A stretch of DNA of 64,000 nucleotides from the human T2T-CHM13v2.0 reference genome, Homo sapiens: NCBI RefSeq assembly GCF_009914755.1, contig NC_060948.1. The stretch is one strand, 5' to 3'. Position numbers and translations under genes: made by a program. A model generated the notes under the pieces. That model was given only the letters and a program-made list of their open reading frames with translations, made no database searches and was not told where the DNA came from. Every line of letters begins with the position of its first letter. Within the stretch, counting starts at the first letter, position 1. Positions 11,571 to 26,100 of the stretch are shown here, piece by piece.

Positions 11571-14500
11571 GGCCTCAAAGTGCTTCAAATGTCCACTTGC
11601 AGATTCTACAAAAAGAGTGTTTCAAAACTGCTCAATCAAAAGAAAGGTTCGACTCTGGGAAATTAATGCACACATCACAAAGAAGTTTCTCAGCTTCTGT
11701 GTAGTTTTCATGTGAAGTTATTTCCTTTTCCACAATAGGCCGCAAAGGGCTCCAAATATCAACTTACAGATTCTAGGAAAAGAGAGTTTCAAAACTGCTC
11801 TACGAAAAGATAGGTTGAACTCTGTGAGATGAATGCACACATCACAAAGAAGTTTCTCAGAATGCATCTGTGTAGTTTTTACGGGAAGATATTTCCTTTT
11901 CCACCATCTTCCACAAAGGTCTCCAAGTAACCACTTGCAGATTCTACAGAAAGACACTTTAAAAACTGCTCTATCAAAAGATCAGTTCAAGTCTGTGGTT
12001 TGAATGCACACATCACAAAGAATTTTCTCAGAATGCTTCTGTGTAGTTTTCATATGAAGATATTTCCTTTTCCACCATAGGCCTCAAAGCACTCCAAATA
12101 TCCACTTGCAGATTCTACAAAAAGAGATTTTCAAAACTAGTCAATCAAAAGAAAGGTTCAACTCTGTCAGTTGAATGCACATATCACAAACAAGTTTCTC
12201 GGAATGCGTCTGTGTAGTTTTTATGTGAAGATATTTCCTTCTCCACAACAGGCCTCAAAGTGCTCCGAATATCCACTTGCAGATTTTACTAAAGAGTGTT
12301 TCCAAACTGCTCAATCAAGAGGAAGTTTCAAGTCTGTGAGCTGAACGCACACATCACAAAGTAGTTTCTGAGAATGCTTCTGTGTAGTTTTTATGTGAAG
12401 ATGTTTCCTTTTCCACCATAGGCTGCAAAGGGCTCCAAATATCCACTTGCAGATTCTACAAAAAGAGAGTTTCAAAAGTGCTCTATCAAAAGATAGGTTC
12501 AACTATGTGATATGAATGCACACATCACAAAGTAGTTTCTCAGAATGCTTCTGTGTAGTTTTTATGTAAAGATATTTCCTTTTCCACCATAGGCCTCAAA
12601 GCACTCCAAATATCCACTTGCAGATTCTACAAAAAGAGATTTTCAAAACTATTTAATCAAAAGAAAGGTTCAAATCTGTCAGTTGAAGGTACATATCACA
12701 AACAAGTTTATTGGAATGCTTCTGTGTAGTTTTTATGTGAAGATATTTCCTTTTCCACAACAGGCCTCAAGGTGCTCCAAATATCCACTTGCAGATTTCA
12801 CTAAAAGTGTGTTTCCAAGCTGCTCAATCAAGAGGAAGTTTCAAGTCTGTGAGGTGAATGCACACATTACAAAGAAGTTACTGAGAATGCTTCTGTGTAG
12901 TTTTTATGTGAAGATATTTCCTTTTCCACCGCAGGCCTCAAAGCGCTGCAAATATCCACTTGCAGATTCTACAAAAAGAGAGTTTCAAAACTGCTGTATC
13001 AAAAGATAGGGTCAACTCTGCGAGTTGAATAAACACATCACAAATAAGTTTCTGGGAACGCTTCTGTATAGTTTTATGTGAATATATTTCCTTTTCCACC
13101 ATATGCCTCAAAGCACTCCAAATATCCACTTGCACATTATAGAAACATAGTCTTTCAAAACTTGTCAATCAAAGAAAGGTTCAACTCCGTGAGATGAGTG
13201 CACACATCACAGAGAAGTTTCTCGGAATGTTTCTGTGTAGTTTTTATGTGAAGATATTGCCTTTTCCACAATAGGCCTCAAAGCGTTCCAAATATCCAAT
13301 TGCAGATTCCACAAAAAAAGTTTTTTAAAACTGCTCAATCAAATGATAGATTAAACTCTGTGAGATTAGTGCACACATGTCAAAAAAGTTTCTCAGAATG
13401 CTTCTGTGTACTTTTTAGGGGAAGATATTTCCTTTTCCACCATCGGCCACAAAGGACTCCAAATAACCACATGCAGATTCTAGTAACACAGAGTTTCAAA
13501 ACTGCTCTATCAAAAGATAAGTTCAACTCTGAGAGTTTAGTGCAACCATCGTGAAGAAGTTTCTCAGAATGCTTCTGAGTAGTGTTTATGTGAAGATATT
13601 TCCTTTTCCACCATAGGCCTGAAAGCCCTCCAAATATCCACTTGCAGATCCTACAAAAAGAAAGTTTCGAAATGCTCTCTCAAACGATAGTTTCGACTCT
13701 GTGGTATGAATACACACATCACAAAGAAGTTTCTCAGAATGCTTCTGTGTAGTTTTTAAATGAAGATATTTCTTTTTCCACCATAGGCCTCAAAGCACTC
13801 CAAATATGCACTTCCAGATTCTACAAAAAGAGTGTTTCAGAACTGCTCAATCAAAAGGAAGGTTCCAGTCTGAGACAAATACACACATCAAAAGGTAGTT
13901 TCTCAGAATGCTTCTGTGTAGTTTTTATGTGAAGATATTTTCCTTTCCACCATAGGCCACAAATGGCTCTAAATACCCACTTACATTTTCCACAAAAAGA
14001 GAGTTTCAAAACTGCTCTACCAAAGGTAAGTTTAACGCTGTGAGTTAAGAACATCACAAAGAAGTTTCTCAGAATGCTTCTGTGTAGTTCTTACGTAAAG
14101 ATATTTCCTTTTACACAATAGGCAGAAAAGTGCTCCAAATATCCACTTGAAGATTCTACAAAAACCGTGTTTCAAAACTGCCGAATCAAAAGAAAGGTTC
14201 AACTCTGTGAGATGAATGCACACATAACAAAGGAGTTTCTCAGAATGCTTCTGTGTAGCTTTTATATGAAGACATTTAGTTTTCCACAACAGGCCTCAAA
14301 GCTCTCTCCATATCCACTTGCAGATTCTACCGAAAGAGTGCTTCCAAACTGCTCAATCAAAAGAGACATTCAAATCTGTGAGGTGAATGCAGACATCGTA
14401 AAGAAGTTTCTCAGAATGCTTCTGTGTATTTTTTGTGTGAAGTTATTCGTTTTTGCACCATAGGCCTCCAAGCGTTCTAAATATCCACTTCTAGATTCTA

Positions 14501-17355
14501 CAAAAAGAGAGTTTCAAAACTACTCAAACAAAAGGTTCAATTCTGTGAGTTGAAAGCAAACATCACAAAGAAGTTTCTCAGAATGCGTCTGTGTAGTTTT
14601 TATGTGAAGATATTTCCTTTTCACAGTAGAATGCAAAGGGCTCCAAATATCCACTTGGAGATTCTACAAAAAGAGTTTCAAAACCGCTCTGTCAAATGAT
14701 AGGTTGAACTCCCGGAGGTGAATACACACATCACAAAGAGGTTTCTCAGCATGCTTCTGTGTAGTTTTTATGTAAACACATTTCCGTTTCTATCATAGGC
14801 CTCAAAGTGCTCCAAATATTCACTTGTACATTCTACCAAACGAGTATTTCAAAACTGCTCAATCAAATGGAAGGTTCAAAACTGTGACATGAATGCCCAC
14901 ATCACAAAGTAGTTTCTCAGAATGCTTCTGTGTAGTTTTTATGTGAAGATATTTCCTTTTCCACAACAGCGTGCAAAACGCTTCAAATATGCCCTTAGAG
15001 ATTCCACAAAAAGAGTGTTTCCAAACTACTCAAATCAAAAAATGATTTCAACTCTGTGAGATGAATGCACACATCACAAACTAGTTTCTCAGAATGTTTC
15101 TGCCTGGTTCTCATGCGAAGATAGTTCCTTTTTCACCATAGGCCGCAATGTACTCCAAATATCCACCTGCAGATTCTACAAAAGTGAGTTTCAAAACTGC
15201 TCTATCAAAAGATCAGTTCGTCTCTGTGAGTTGAATGCATACATCAAAAAGAAGCTTCTCAAAATGCTTCTGTGTGGTTTTTCGGTGAAGATAGTTCTTT
15301 TTCTACCATAGGTCTCAAACCACTCCAAATATCCACTTGTAGATTCTATAAAAAGGAATGTTCAAAATTGCTCAATAAAAATAAAGTTTCAACACCGTGA
15401 GATGAGTGCACAAATCACAAAGAAGTTTCTCAAAATGCTTCTGGGTAGTTTTTCTGTGAAGATAGTTCCTTTTCTACCATGGGCCACAAAGGGCTCCAAA
15501 TACCCACTTGCAGATTCTACAAAAAGAGAGTTTCACAACTGCTCTATCAAACAATATGTTCAACTTTGTGGGTTGAACACAAATATCACAAGAATTTTCT
15601 CCCAATGCTTCTGTGTAGTTTTTATGTGAAGACATTTCTTTTCCCTCCATAGTCCACAAAGTGCTCCAAATATCCACTTACATATTCTAGAAAAAGATTG
15701 CTTGGAAACTGCACAATGAAAAGAAAGGTTCAAATATATGAGATGAATGCACACATCACAAAGAAGTTTCTCAGAATCTCTCTGTGTAATTTTTATGTGA
15801 AGATATTTCCTTTCCCACCTTAGGTCTTAAAACGCTCCAAATATCCACTTGCAGATACTACAAGAAGATTGTTTCAAAACTGCACAAAAAAAGAAATGTT
15901 CAATTCTGTTTGATGAATGCACACATCACAAAGAAGTTTCTCAGAATGCTTCTCTGTAGTTTTTATGTGAAGATATTTCCTTTTCCACAATAGGCCTCAA
16001 AGGGCTCCAAATATCCACTTCCAGATTCTATGAAAAGAATATTTCCAAACTGCTCAATCATAGGAAATGTTCAACTCTGTGAGATGAATGCACACATCAC
16101 AAGAAATTTCTCAGAATCCTTCAGTGTAGGTTTTATGAGAAGATAATTCCTTTTCCACAATAGTTCTCAAAGCACTCAAAATATCCACTTGCAGATTCTA
16201 CAAAAGGAGTATTTCAAAACTGCTCAATCAAAAGAAAGGTTCAACTCTGTGAGATGAATGGACACATCACAAAGAAGTTTCTCAGAATGCTTCTGTGTAG
16301 TATTTTTGTGAAGATATTTCTTTTCCACCATAGACCGCCAGGGGACACAAATATCCACTTTCAGATTCTACAACAAGAGAGGTTCAAAACTACTCGATCA
16401 AGAGATGGTTTCAACTATGTGAGTTGAATGCACACATCACAAAGAACTATGTCGGAATTCTTCTGTGTAGTTTTTATGTGAAGATATTTCCTTTTCCACA
16501 ATAGACGTCAAAGTGATCCAGATATCCACTTGCAGATTCCACAAAAAGAGTGTTTCAAAAGTGCACAACCAAAAGAAAGGTTCAACTAGGTGAGATGAAT
16601 GCACACATCAGAAGGAAGTTTCTCAGAATGCTTCTGCATAGCTTTTAAGGGAAGATACTTCCTTTTCCAACATAGGCCTCAAAGCACTCCAAATATCCTC
16701 CTGGAGATACCACAAAAAGAGTGTTTGCAAACTGCTCAATCAAAAGAAAGATTTAACTCTGTGAGATGAATCCACACATGACAAAGAAGTTTCTCAGAAT
16801 GCTTCTGTGTAGTTTTTATGTGAAGATATTTCCTTTTCCACAATAAGACCCAAAAGGCTCCAAATATTCACTTGCAGATTCTAAAAAAAACAGTGTTTCA
16901 AAACTGCTCAATCAAAAGATAGTTCAACTCTGTGAGAAGAATGCTCACATCACTGAGAAGTTTCTCAGAATGCTTCTGTGTAGTTTTTATATGAAGATAT
17001 TTCCTTTCCCACCGTAGGCCACAAAAGGCTTCAAATATCCACTTGCAGATACTATGAAAAGAGAGTTTCAAAACTGCTCATTCAAAAGATAGGTTCAACT
17101 CTGTGGTTTGAATGCACACAGCACAAAGAAGTTTCACAGAATGTGTCTGTGTAGTTTTTATGTGCGGATGTTTCCTTTTCCACCATATGCCTAAATATTT
17201 CCCAATTTCCACTTGCAGATTCCACAAGAAGAGTGTTTCAAAACTGCTGTATCAAATAAAGTTGAACTCTGTGAGGTGAATGCACACAGCACAAAATGGT
17301 TTCTCAGAATGCTTCCTTGTTGTTTTTATATGAAGATGTTTCCTTTTCAACAATA
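11571..17355 (-). repeat. HOR copy 3
   Basis: Same period; A at 12769, G at 14626, private C at 14779, T at 17031. Confidence 0.95.
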
Positions 17356-20300
17356 GGCCTCAAAGTGCTTCAAATGTCCACTTGCAGATTCTACAAAAAG
17401 AGTGTTTCAAAACTGCTCAATCAAAAGAAAGGTTCGACTCTGGGAAATTAATGCACACATCACAAAGAAGTTTCTCAGCTTCTGTGTAGTTTTCATGTGA
17501 AGTTATTTCCTTTTCCACAATAGGCCGCAAAGGGCTCCAAATATCAACTTACAGATTCTAGGAAAAGAGAGTTTCAAAACTGCTCTACGAAAAGATAGGT
17601 TGAACTCTGTGAGATGAATGCACACATCACAAAGAAGTTTCTCAGAATGCATCTGTGTAGTTTTTACGGGATGATATTTCCTTTTCCACCATCTTCCACA
17701 AAGGTCTCCAAGTAACCACTTGCAGATTCTACAGAAAGACACTTTAAAAACTGCTCTATCAAAAGATCAGTTCAAGTCTGTGGTTTGAATGCACACATCA
17801 CAAAGAATTTTCTCAGAATGCTTCTGTGTAGTTTTCATATGAAGATATTTCCTTTTCCACCATAGGCCTCAAAGCACTCCAAATATCCACTTGCAGATTC
17901 TACAAAAAGAGATTTTCAAAACTAGTCAATCAAAAGAAAGGTTCAACTCTGTCAGTTGAATGCACATATCACAAACAAGTTTCTCGGAATGCGTCTGTGT
18001 AGTTTTTATGTGAAGATATTTCCTTCTCCACAACAGGCCTCAAAGTGCTCCGAATATCCACTTGCAGATTTTACTAAAGAGTGTTTCCAAACTGCTCAAT
18101 CAAGAGGAAGTTTCAAGTCTGTGAGCTGAACGCACACATCACAAAGTAGTTTCTGAGAATGCTTCTGTGTAGTTTTTATGTGAAGATGTTTCCTTTTCCA
18201 CCATAGGCTGCAAAGGGCTCCAAATATCCACTTGCAGATTCTACAAAAAGAGAGTTTCAAAAGTGCTCTATCAAAAGATAGGTTCAACTATGTGATATGA
18301 ATGCACACATCACAAAGTAGTTTCTCAGAATGCTTCTGTGTAGTTTTTATGTAAAGATATTTCCTTTTCCACCATAGGCCTCAAAGCACTCCAAATATCC
18401 ACTTGCAGATTCTACAAAAAGAGATTTTCAAAACTATTTAATCAAAAGAAAGGTTCAAATCTGTCAGTTGAAGGTACATATCACAAACAAGTTTATTGGA
18501 ATGCTTCTGTGTAGTTTTTATGTGAAGATATTTCCTTTTCCACAACAGGCCTCCAGGTGCTCCAAATATCCACTTGCAGATTTCACTAAAAGTGTGTTTC
18601 CAAGCTGCTCAATCAAGAGGAAGTTTCAAGTCTGTGAGGTGAATGCACACATTACAAAGAAGTTACTGAGAATGCTTCTGTGTAGTTTTTATGTGAAGAT
18701 ATTTCCTTTTCCACCGCAGGCCTCAAAGCGCTGCAAATATCCACTTGCAGATTCTACAAAAAGAGAGTTTCAAAACTGCTGTATCAAAAGATAGGGTCAA
18801 CTCTGCGAGTTGAATAAACACATCACAAATAAGTTTCTGGGAACGCTTCTGTATAGTTTTATGTGAATATATTTCCTTTTCCACCATATGCCTCAAAGCA
18901 CTCCAAATATCCACTTGCACATTATAGAAACATAGTCTTTCAAAACTTGTCAATCAAAGAAAGGTTCAACTCCGTGAGATGAGTGCACACATCACAGAGA
19001 AGTTTCTCGGAATGTTTCTGTGTAGTTTTTATGTGAAGATATTGCCTTTTCCACAATAGGCCTCAAAGCGTTCCAAATATCCAATTGCAGATTCCACAAA
19101 AAAAGTTTTTTAAAACTGCTCAATCAAATGATAGATTAAACTCTGTGAGATTAGTGCACACATGTCAAAAAAGTTTCTCAGAATGCTTCTGTGTACTTTT
19201 TAGGGGAAGATATTTCCTTTTCCACCATCGGCCACAAAGGACTCCAAATAACCACATGCAGATTCTAGTAACACAGAGTTTCAAAACTGCTCTATCAAAA
19301 GATAAGTTCAACTCTGAGAGTTTAGTGCAACCATCGTGAAGAAGTTTCTCAGAATGCTTCTGAGTAGTGTTTATGTGAAGATATTTCCTTTTCCACCATA
19401 GGCCTGAAAGCCCTCCAAATATCCACTTGCAGATCCTACAAAAAGAAAGTTTCGAAATGCTCTCTCAAACGATAGTTTCGACTCTGTGGTATGAATACAC
19501 ACATCACAAAGAAGTTTCTCAGAATGCTTCTGTGTAGTTTTTAAATGAAGATATTTCTTTTTCCACCATAGGCCTCAAAGCACTCCAAATATGCACTTCC
19601 AGATTCTACAAAAAGAGTGTTTCAGAACTGCTCAATCAAAAGGAAGGTTCCAGTCTGAGACAAATACACACATCAAAAGGTAGTTTCTCAGAATGCTTCT
19701 GTGTAGTTTTTATGTGAAGATATTTTCCTTTCCACCATAGGCCACAAATGGCTCTAAATACCCACTTACATTTTCCACAAAAAGAGAGTTTCAAAACTGC
19801 TCTACCAAAGGTAAGTTTAACGCTGTGAGTTAAGAACATCACAAAGAAGTTTCTCAGAATGCTTCTGTGTAGTTCTTACGTAAAGATATTTCCTTTTACA
19901 CAATAGGCAGAAAAGTGCTCCAAATATCCACTTGAAGATTCTACAAAAACCGTGTTTCAAAACTGCCGAATCAAAAGAAAGGTTCAACTCTGTGAGATGA
20001 ATGCACACATAACAAAGGAGTTTCTCAGAATGCTTCTGTGTAGCTTTTATATGAAGACATTTAGTTTTCCACAACAGGCCTCAAAGCTCTCTCCATATCC
20101 ACTTGCAGATTCTACCGAAAGAGTGCTTCCAAACTGCTCAATCAAAAGAGACATTCAAATCTGTGAGGTGAATGCAGACATCGTAAAGAAGTTTCTCAGA
20201 ATGCTTCTGTGTATTTTTTGTGTGAAGTTATTCGTTTTTGCACCATAGGCCTCCAAGCGTTCTAAATATCCACTTCTAGATTCTACAAAAAGAGAGTTTC

Positions 20301-23140
20301 AAAACTACTCAAACAAAAGGTTCAATTCTGTGAGTTGAAAGCAAACATCACAAAGAAGTTTCTCAGAATGCGTCTGTGTAGTTTTTATGTGAAGATATTT
20401 CCTTTTCACAATAGAATGCAAAGGGCTCCAAATATCCACTTGGAGATTCTACAAAAAGAGTTTCAAAACCGCTCTGTCAAATGATAGGTTGAACTCCCGG
20501 AGGTGAATACACACATCACAAAGAGGTTTCTCAGCATGCTTCTGTGTAGTTTTTATGTAAACATATTTCCGTTTCTATCATAGGCCTCAAAGTGCTCCAA
20601 ATATTCACTTGTACATTCTACCAAACGAGTATTTCAAAACTGCTCAATCAAATGGAAGGTTCAAAACTGTGACATGAATGCCCACATCACAAAGTAGTTT
20701 CTCAGAATGCTTCTGTGTAGTTTTTATGTGAAGATATTTCCTTTTCCACAACAGCGTGCAAAACGCTTCAAATATGCCCTTAGAGATTCCACAAAAAGAG
20801 TGTTTCCAAACTACTCAAATCAAAAAATGATTTCAACTCTGTGAGATGAATGCACACATCACAAACTAGTTTCTCAGAATGTTTCTGCCTGGTTCTCATG
20901 CGAAGATAGTTCCTTTTTCACCATAGGCCGCAATGTACTCCAAATATCCACCTGCAGATTCTACAAAAGTGAGTTTCAAAACTGCTCTATCAAAAGATCA
21001 GTTCGTCTCTGTGAGTTGAATGCATACATCAAAAAGAAGCTTCTCAAAATGCTTCTGTGTGGTTTTTCGGTGAAGATAGTTCTTTTTCTACCATAGGTCT
21101 CAAACCACTCCAAATATCCACTTGTAGATTCTATAAAAAGGAATGTTCAAAATTGCTCAATAAAAATAAAGTTTCAACACCGTGAGATGAGTGCACAAAT
21201 CACAAAGAAGTTTCTCAAAATGCTTCTGGGTAGTTTTTCTGTGAAGATAGTTCCTTTTCTACCATGGGCCACAAAGGGCTCCAAATACCCACTTGCAGAT
21301 TCTACAAAAAGAGAGTTTCACAACTGCTCTATCAAACAATATGTTCAACTTTGTGGGTTGAACACAAATATCACAAGAATTTTCTCCCAATGCTTCTGTG
21401 TAGTTTTTATGTGAAGACATTTCTTTTCCCTCCATAGTCCACAAAGTGCTCCAAATATCCACTTACATATTCTAGAAAAAGATTGCTTGGAAACTGCACA
21501 ATGAAAAGAAAGGTTCAAATATATGAGATGAATGCACACATCACAAAGAAGTTTCTCAGAATCTCTCTGTGTAATTTTTATGTGAAGATATTTCCTTTCC
21601 CACCTTAGGTCTTAAAACGCTCCAAATATCCACTTGCAGATACTACAAGAAGATTGTTTCAAAACTGCACAAAAAAAGAAATGTTCAATTCTGTTTGATG
21701 AATGCACACATCACAAAGAAGTTTCTCAGAATGCTTCTCTGTAGTTTTTATGTGAAGATATTTCCTTTTCCACAATAGGCCTCAAAGGGCTCCAAATATC
21801 CACTTCCAGATTCTATGAAAAGAATATTTCCAAACTGCTCAATCATAGGAAATGTTCAACTCTGTGAGATGAATGCACACATCACAAGAAATTTCTCAGA
21901 ATCCTTCAGTGTAGGTTTTATGAGAAGATAATTCCTTTTCCACAATAGTTCTCAAAGCACTCAAAATATCCACTTGCAGATTCTACAAAAGGAGTATTTC
22001 AAAACTGCTCAATCAAAAGAAAGGTTCAACTCTGTGAGATGAATGGACACATCACAAAGAAGTTTCTCAGAATGCTTCTGTGTAGTATTTTTGTGAAGAT
22101 ATTTCTTTTCCACCATAGACCGCCAGGGGACACAAATATCCACTTTCAGATTCTACAACAAGAGAGGTTCAAAACTACTCGATCAAGAGATGGTTTCAAC
22201 TATGTGAGTTGAATGCACACATCACAAAGAACTATGTCGGAATTCTTCTGTGTAGTTTTTATGTGAAGATATTTCCTTTTCCACAATAGACGTCAAAGTG
22301 ATCCAGATATCCACTTGCAGATTCCACAAAAAGAGTGTTTCAAAAGTGCACAACCAAAAGAAAGGTTCAACTAGGTGAGATGAATGCACACATCAGAAGG
22401 AAGTTTCTCAGAATGCTTCTGCATAGCTTTTAAGGGAAGATACTTCCTTTTCCAACATAGGCCTCAAAGCACTCCAAATATCCTCCTGGAGATACCACAA
22501 AAAGAGTGTTTGCAAACTGCTCAATCAAAAGAAAGATTTAACTCTGTGAGATGAATCCACACATGACAAAGAAGTTTCTCAGAATGCTTCTGTGTAGTTT
22601 TTATGTGAAGATATTTCCTTTTCCACAATAAGACCCAAAAGGCTCCAAATATTCACTTGCAGATTCTAAAAAAAACAGTGTTTCAAAACTGCTCAATCAA
22701 AAGATAGTTCAACTCTGTGAGAAGAATGCTCACATCACTGAGAAGTTTCTCAGAATGCTTCTGTGTAGTTTTTATATGAAGATATTTCCTTTCCCACCGT
22801 AGGCCACAAAAGGCTCCAAATATCCACTTGCAGATACTATGAAAAGAGAGTTTCAAAACTGCTCATTCAAAAGATAGGTTCAACTCTGTGGTTTGAATGC
22901 ACACAGCACAAAGAAGTTTCACAGAATGTGTCTGTGTAGTTTTTATGTGCGGATGTTTCCTTTTCCACCATATGCCTAAATATTTCCCAATTTCCACTTG
23001 CAGATTCCACAAGAAGAGTGTTTCAAAACTGCTGTATCAAATAAAGTTGAACTCTGTGAGGTGAATGCACACAGCACAAAATGGTTTCTCAGAATGCTTC
23101 CTTGTTGTTTTTATATGAAGATGTTTCCTTTTCAACAATA
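17356..23140 (-). repeat. HOR copy 4
   Basis: Same period; T at 17672 shared only with copy 1 (position 317). Confidence 0.95.
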
Positions 23141-26100
23141 GGCCTCAAAGTGCTTCAAATGTCCACTTGCAGATTCTACAAAAAGAGTGTTTCAAAACTG
23201 CTCAATCAAAAGAAAGGTTCGACTCTGGGAAATTAATGCACACATCACAAAGAAGTTTCTCAGCTTCTGTGTAGTTTTCATGTGAAGTTATTTCCTTTTC
23301 CACAATAGGCCGCAAAGGGCTCCAAATATCAACTTACAGATTCTAGGAAAAGAGAGTTTCAAAACTGCTCTACGAAAAGATAGGTTGAACTCTGTGAGAT
23401 GAATGCACACATCACAAAGAAGTTTCTCAGAATGCATCTGTGTAGTTTTTACGGGAAGATATTTCCTTTTCCACCATCTTCCACAAAGGTCTCCAAGTAA
23501 CCACTTGCAGATTCTACAGAAAGACACTTTAAAAACTGCTCTATCAAAAGATCAGTTCAAGTCTGTGGTTTGAATGCACACATCACAAAGAATTTTCTCA
23601 GAATGCTTCTGTGTAGTTTTCATATGAAGATATTTCCTTTTCCACCATAGGCCTCAAAGCACTCCAAATATCCACTTGCAGATTCTACAAAAAGAGATTT
23701 TCAAAACTAGTCAATCAAAAGAAAGGTTCAACTCTGTCAGTTGAATGCACATATCACAAACAAGTTTCTCGGAATGCGTCTGTGTAGTTTTTATGTGAAG
23801 ATATTTCCTTCTCCACAACAGGCCTCAAAGTGCTCCGAATATCCACTTGCAGATTTTACTAAAGAGTGTTTCCAAACTGCTCAATCAAGAGGAAGTTTCA
23901 AGTCTGTGAGCTGAACGCACACATCACAAAGTAGTTTCTGAGAATGCTTCTGTGTAGTTTTTATGTGAAGATGTTTCCTTTTCCACCATAGGCTGCAAAG
24001 GGCTCCAAATATCCACTTGCAGATTCTACAAAAAGAGAGTTTCAAAAGTGCTCTATCAAAAGATAGGTTCAACTATGTGATATGAATGCACACATCACAA
24101 AGTAGTTTCTCAGAATGCTTCTGTGTAGTTTTTATGTAAAGATATTTCCTTTTCCACCATAGGCCTCAAAGCACTCCAAATATCCACTTGCAGATTCTAC
24201 AAAAAGAGATTTTCAAAACTATTTAATCAAAAGAAAGGTTCAAATCTGTCAGTTGAAGGTACATATCACAAACAAGTTTATTGGAATGCTTCTGTGTAGT
24301 TTTTATGTGAAGATATTTCCTTTTCCACAACAGGCCTCCAGGTGCTCCAAATATCCACTTGCAGATTTCACTAAAAGTGTGTTTCCAAGCTGCTCAATCA
24401 AGAGGAAGTTTCAAGTCTGTGAGGTGAATGCACACATTACAAAGAAGTTACTGAGAATGCTTCTGTGTAGTTTTTATGTGAAGATATTTCCTTTTCCACC
24501 GCAGGCCTCAAAGCGCTGCAAATATCCACTTGCAGATTCTACAAAAAGAGAGTTTCAAAACTGCTGTATCAAAAGATAGGGTCAACTCTGCGAGTTGAAT
24601 AAACACATCAGAAATAAGTTTCTGGGAACGCTTCTGTATAGTTTTATGTGAATATATTTCCTTTTCCACCATATGCCTCAAAGCACTCCAAATATCCACT
24701 TGCACATTATAGAAACATAGTCTTTCAAAACTTGTCAATCAAAGAAAGGTTCAACTCCGTGAGATGAGTGCACACATCACAGAGAAGTTTCTCGGAATGT
24801 TTCTGTGTAGTTTTTATGTGAAGATATTGCCTTTTCCACAATAGGCCTCAAAGCGTTCCAAATATCCAATTGCAGATTCCACAAAAAAAGTTTTTTAAAA
24901 CTGCTCAATCAAATGATAGATTAAACTCTGTGAGATTAGTGCACACATGTCAAAAAAGTTTCTCAGAATGCTTCTGTGTACTTTTTAGGGGAAGATATTT
25001 CCTTTTCCACCATCGGCCACAAAGGACTCCAAATAACCACATGCAGATTCTAGTAACACAGAGTTTCAAAACTGCTCTATCAAAAGATAAGTTCAACTCT
25101 GAGAGTTTAGTGCAACCATCGTGAAGAAGTTTCTCAGAATGCTTCTGAGTAGTGTTTATGTGAAGATATTTCCTTTTCCACCATAGGCCTGAAAGCCCTC
25201 CAAATATCCACTTGCAGATCCTACAAAAAGAAAGTTTCGAAATGCTCTCTCAAACGATAGTTTCGACTCTGTGGTATGAATACACACATCACAAAGAAGT
25301 TTCTCAGAATGCTTCTGTGTAGTTTTTAAATGAAGATATTTCTTTTTCCACCATAGGCCTCAAAGCACTCCAAATATGCACTTCCAGATTCTACAAAAAG
25401 AGTGTTTCAGAACTGCTCAATCAAAAGGAAGGTTCCAGTCTGAGACAAATACACACATCAAAAGGTAGTTTCTCAGAATGCTTCTGTGTAGTTTTTATGT
25501 GAAGATATTTTCCTTTCCACCATAGGCCACAAATGGCTCTAAATACCCACTTACATTTTCCACAAAAAGAGAGTTTCAAAACTGCTCTACCAAAGGTAAG
25601 TTTAACGCTGTGAGTTAAGAACATCACAAAGAAGTTTCTCAGAATGCTTCTGTGTAGTTCTTACGTAAAGATATTTCCTTTTACACAATAGGCAGAAAAG
25701 TGCTCCAAATATCCACTTGAAGATTCTACAAAAACCGTGTTTCAAAACTGCCGAATCAAAAGAAAGGTTCAACTCTGTGAGATGAATGCACACATAACAA
25801 AGGAGTTTCTCAGAATGCTTCTGTGTAGCTTTTATATGAAGACATTTAGTTTTCCACAACAGGCCTCAAAGCTCTCTCCATATCCACTTGCAGATTCTAC
25901 CGAAAGAGTGCTTCCAAACTGCTCAATCAAAAGAGACATTCAAATCTGTGAGGTGAATGCAGACATCGTAAAGAAGTTTCTCAGAATGCTTCTGTGTATT
26001 TTTTGTGTGAAGTTATTCGTTTTTGCACCATAGGCCTCCAAGCGTTCTAAATATCCACTTCTAGATTCTACAAAAAGAGAGTTTCAAAACTACTCAAACA

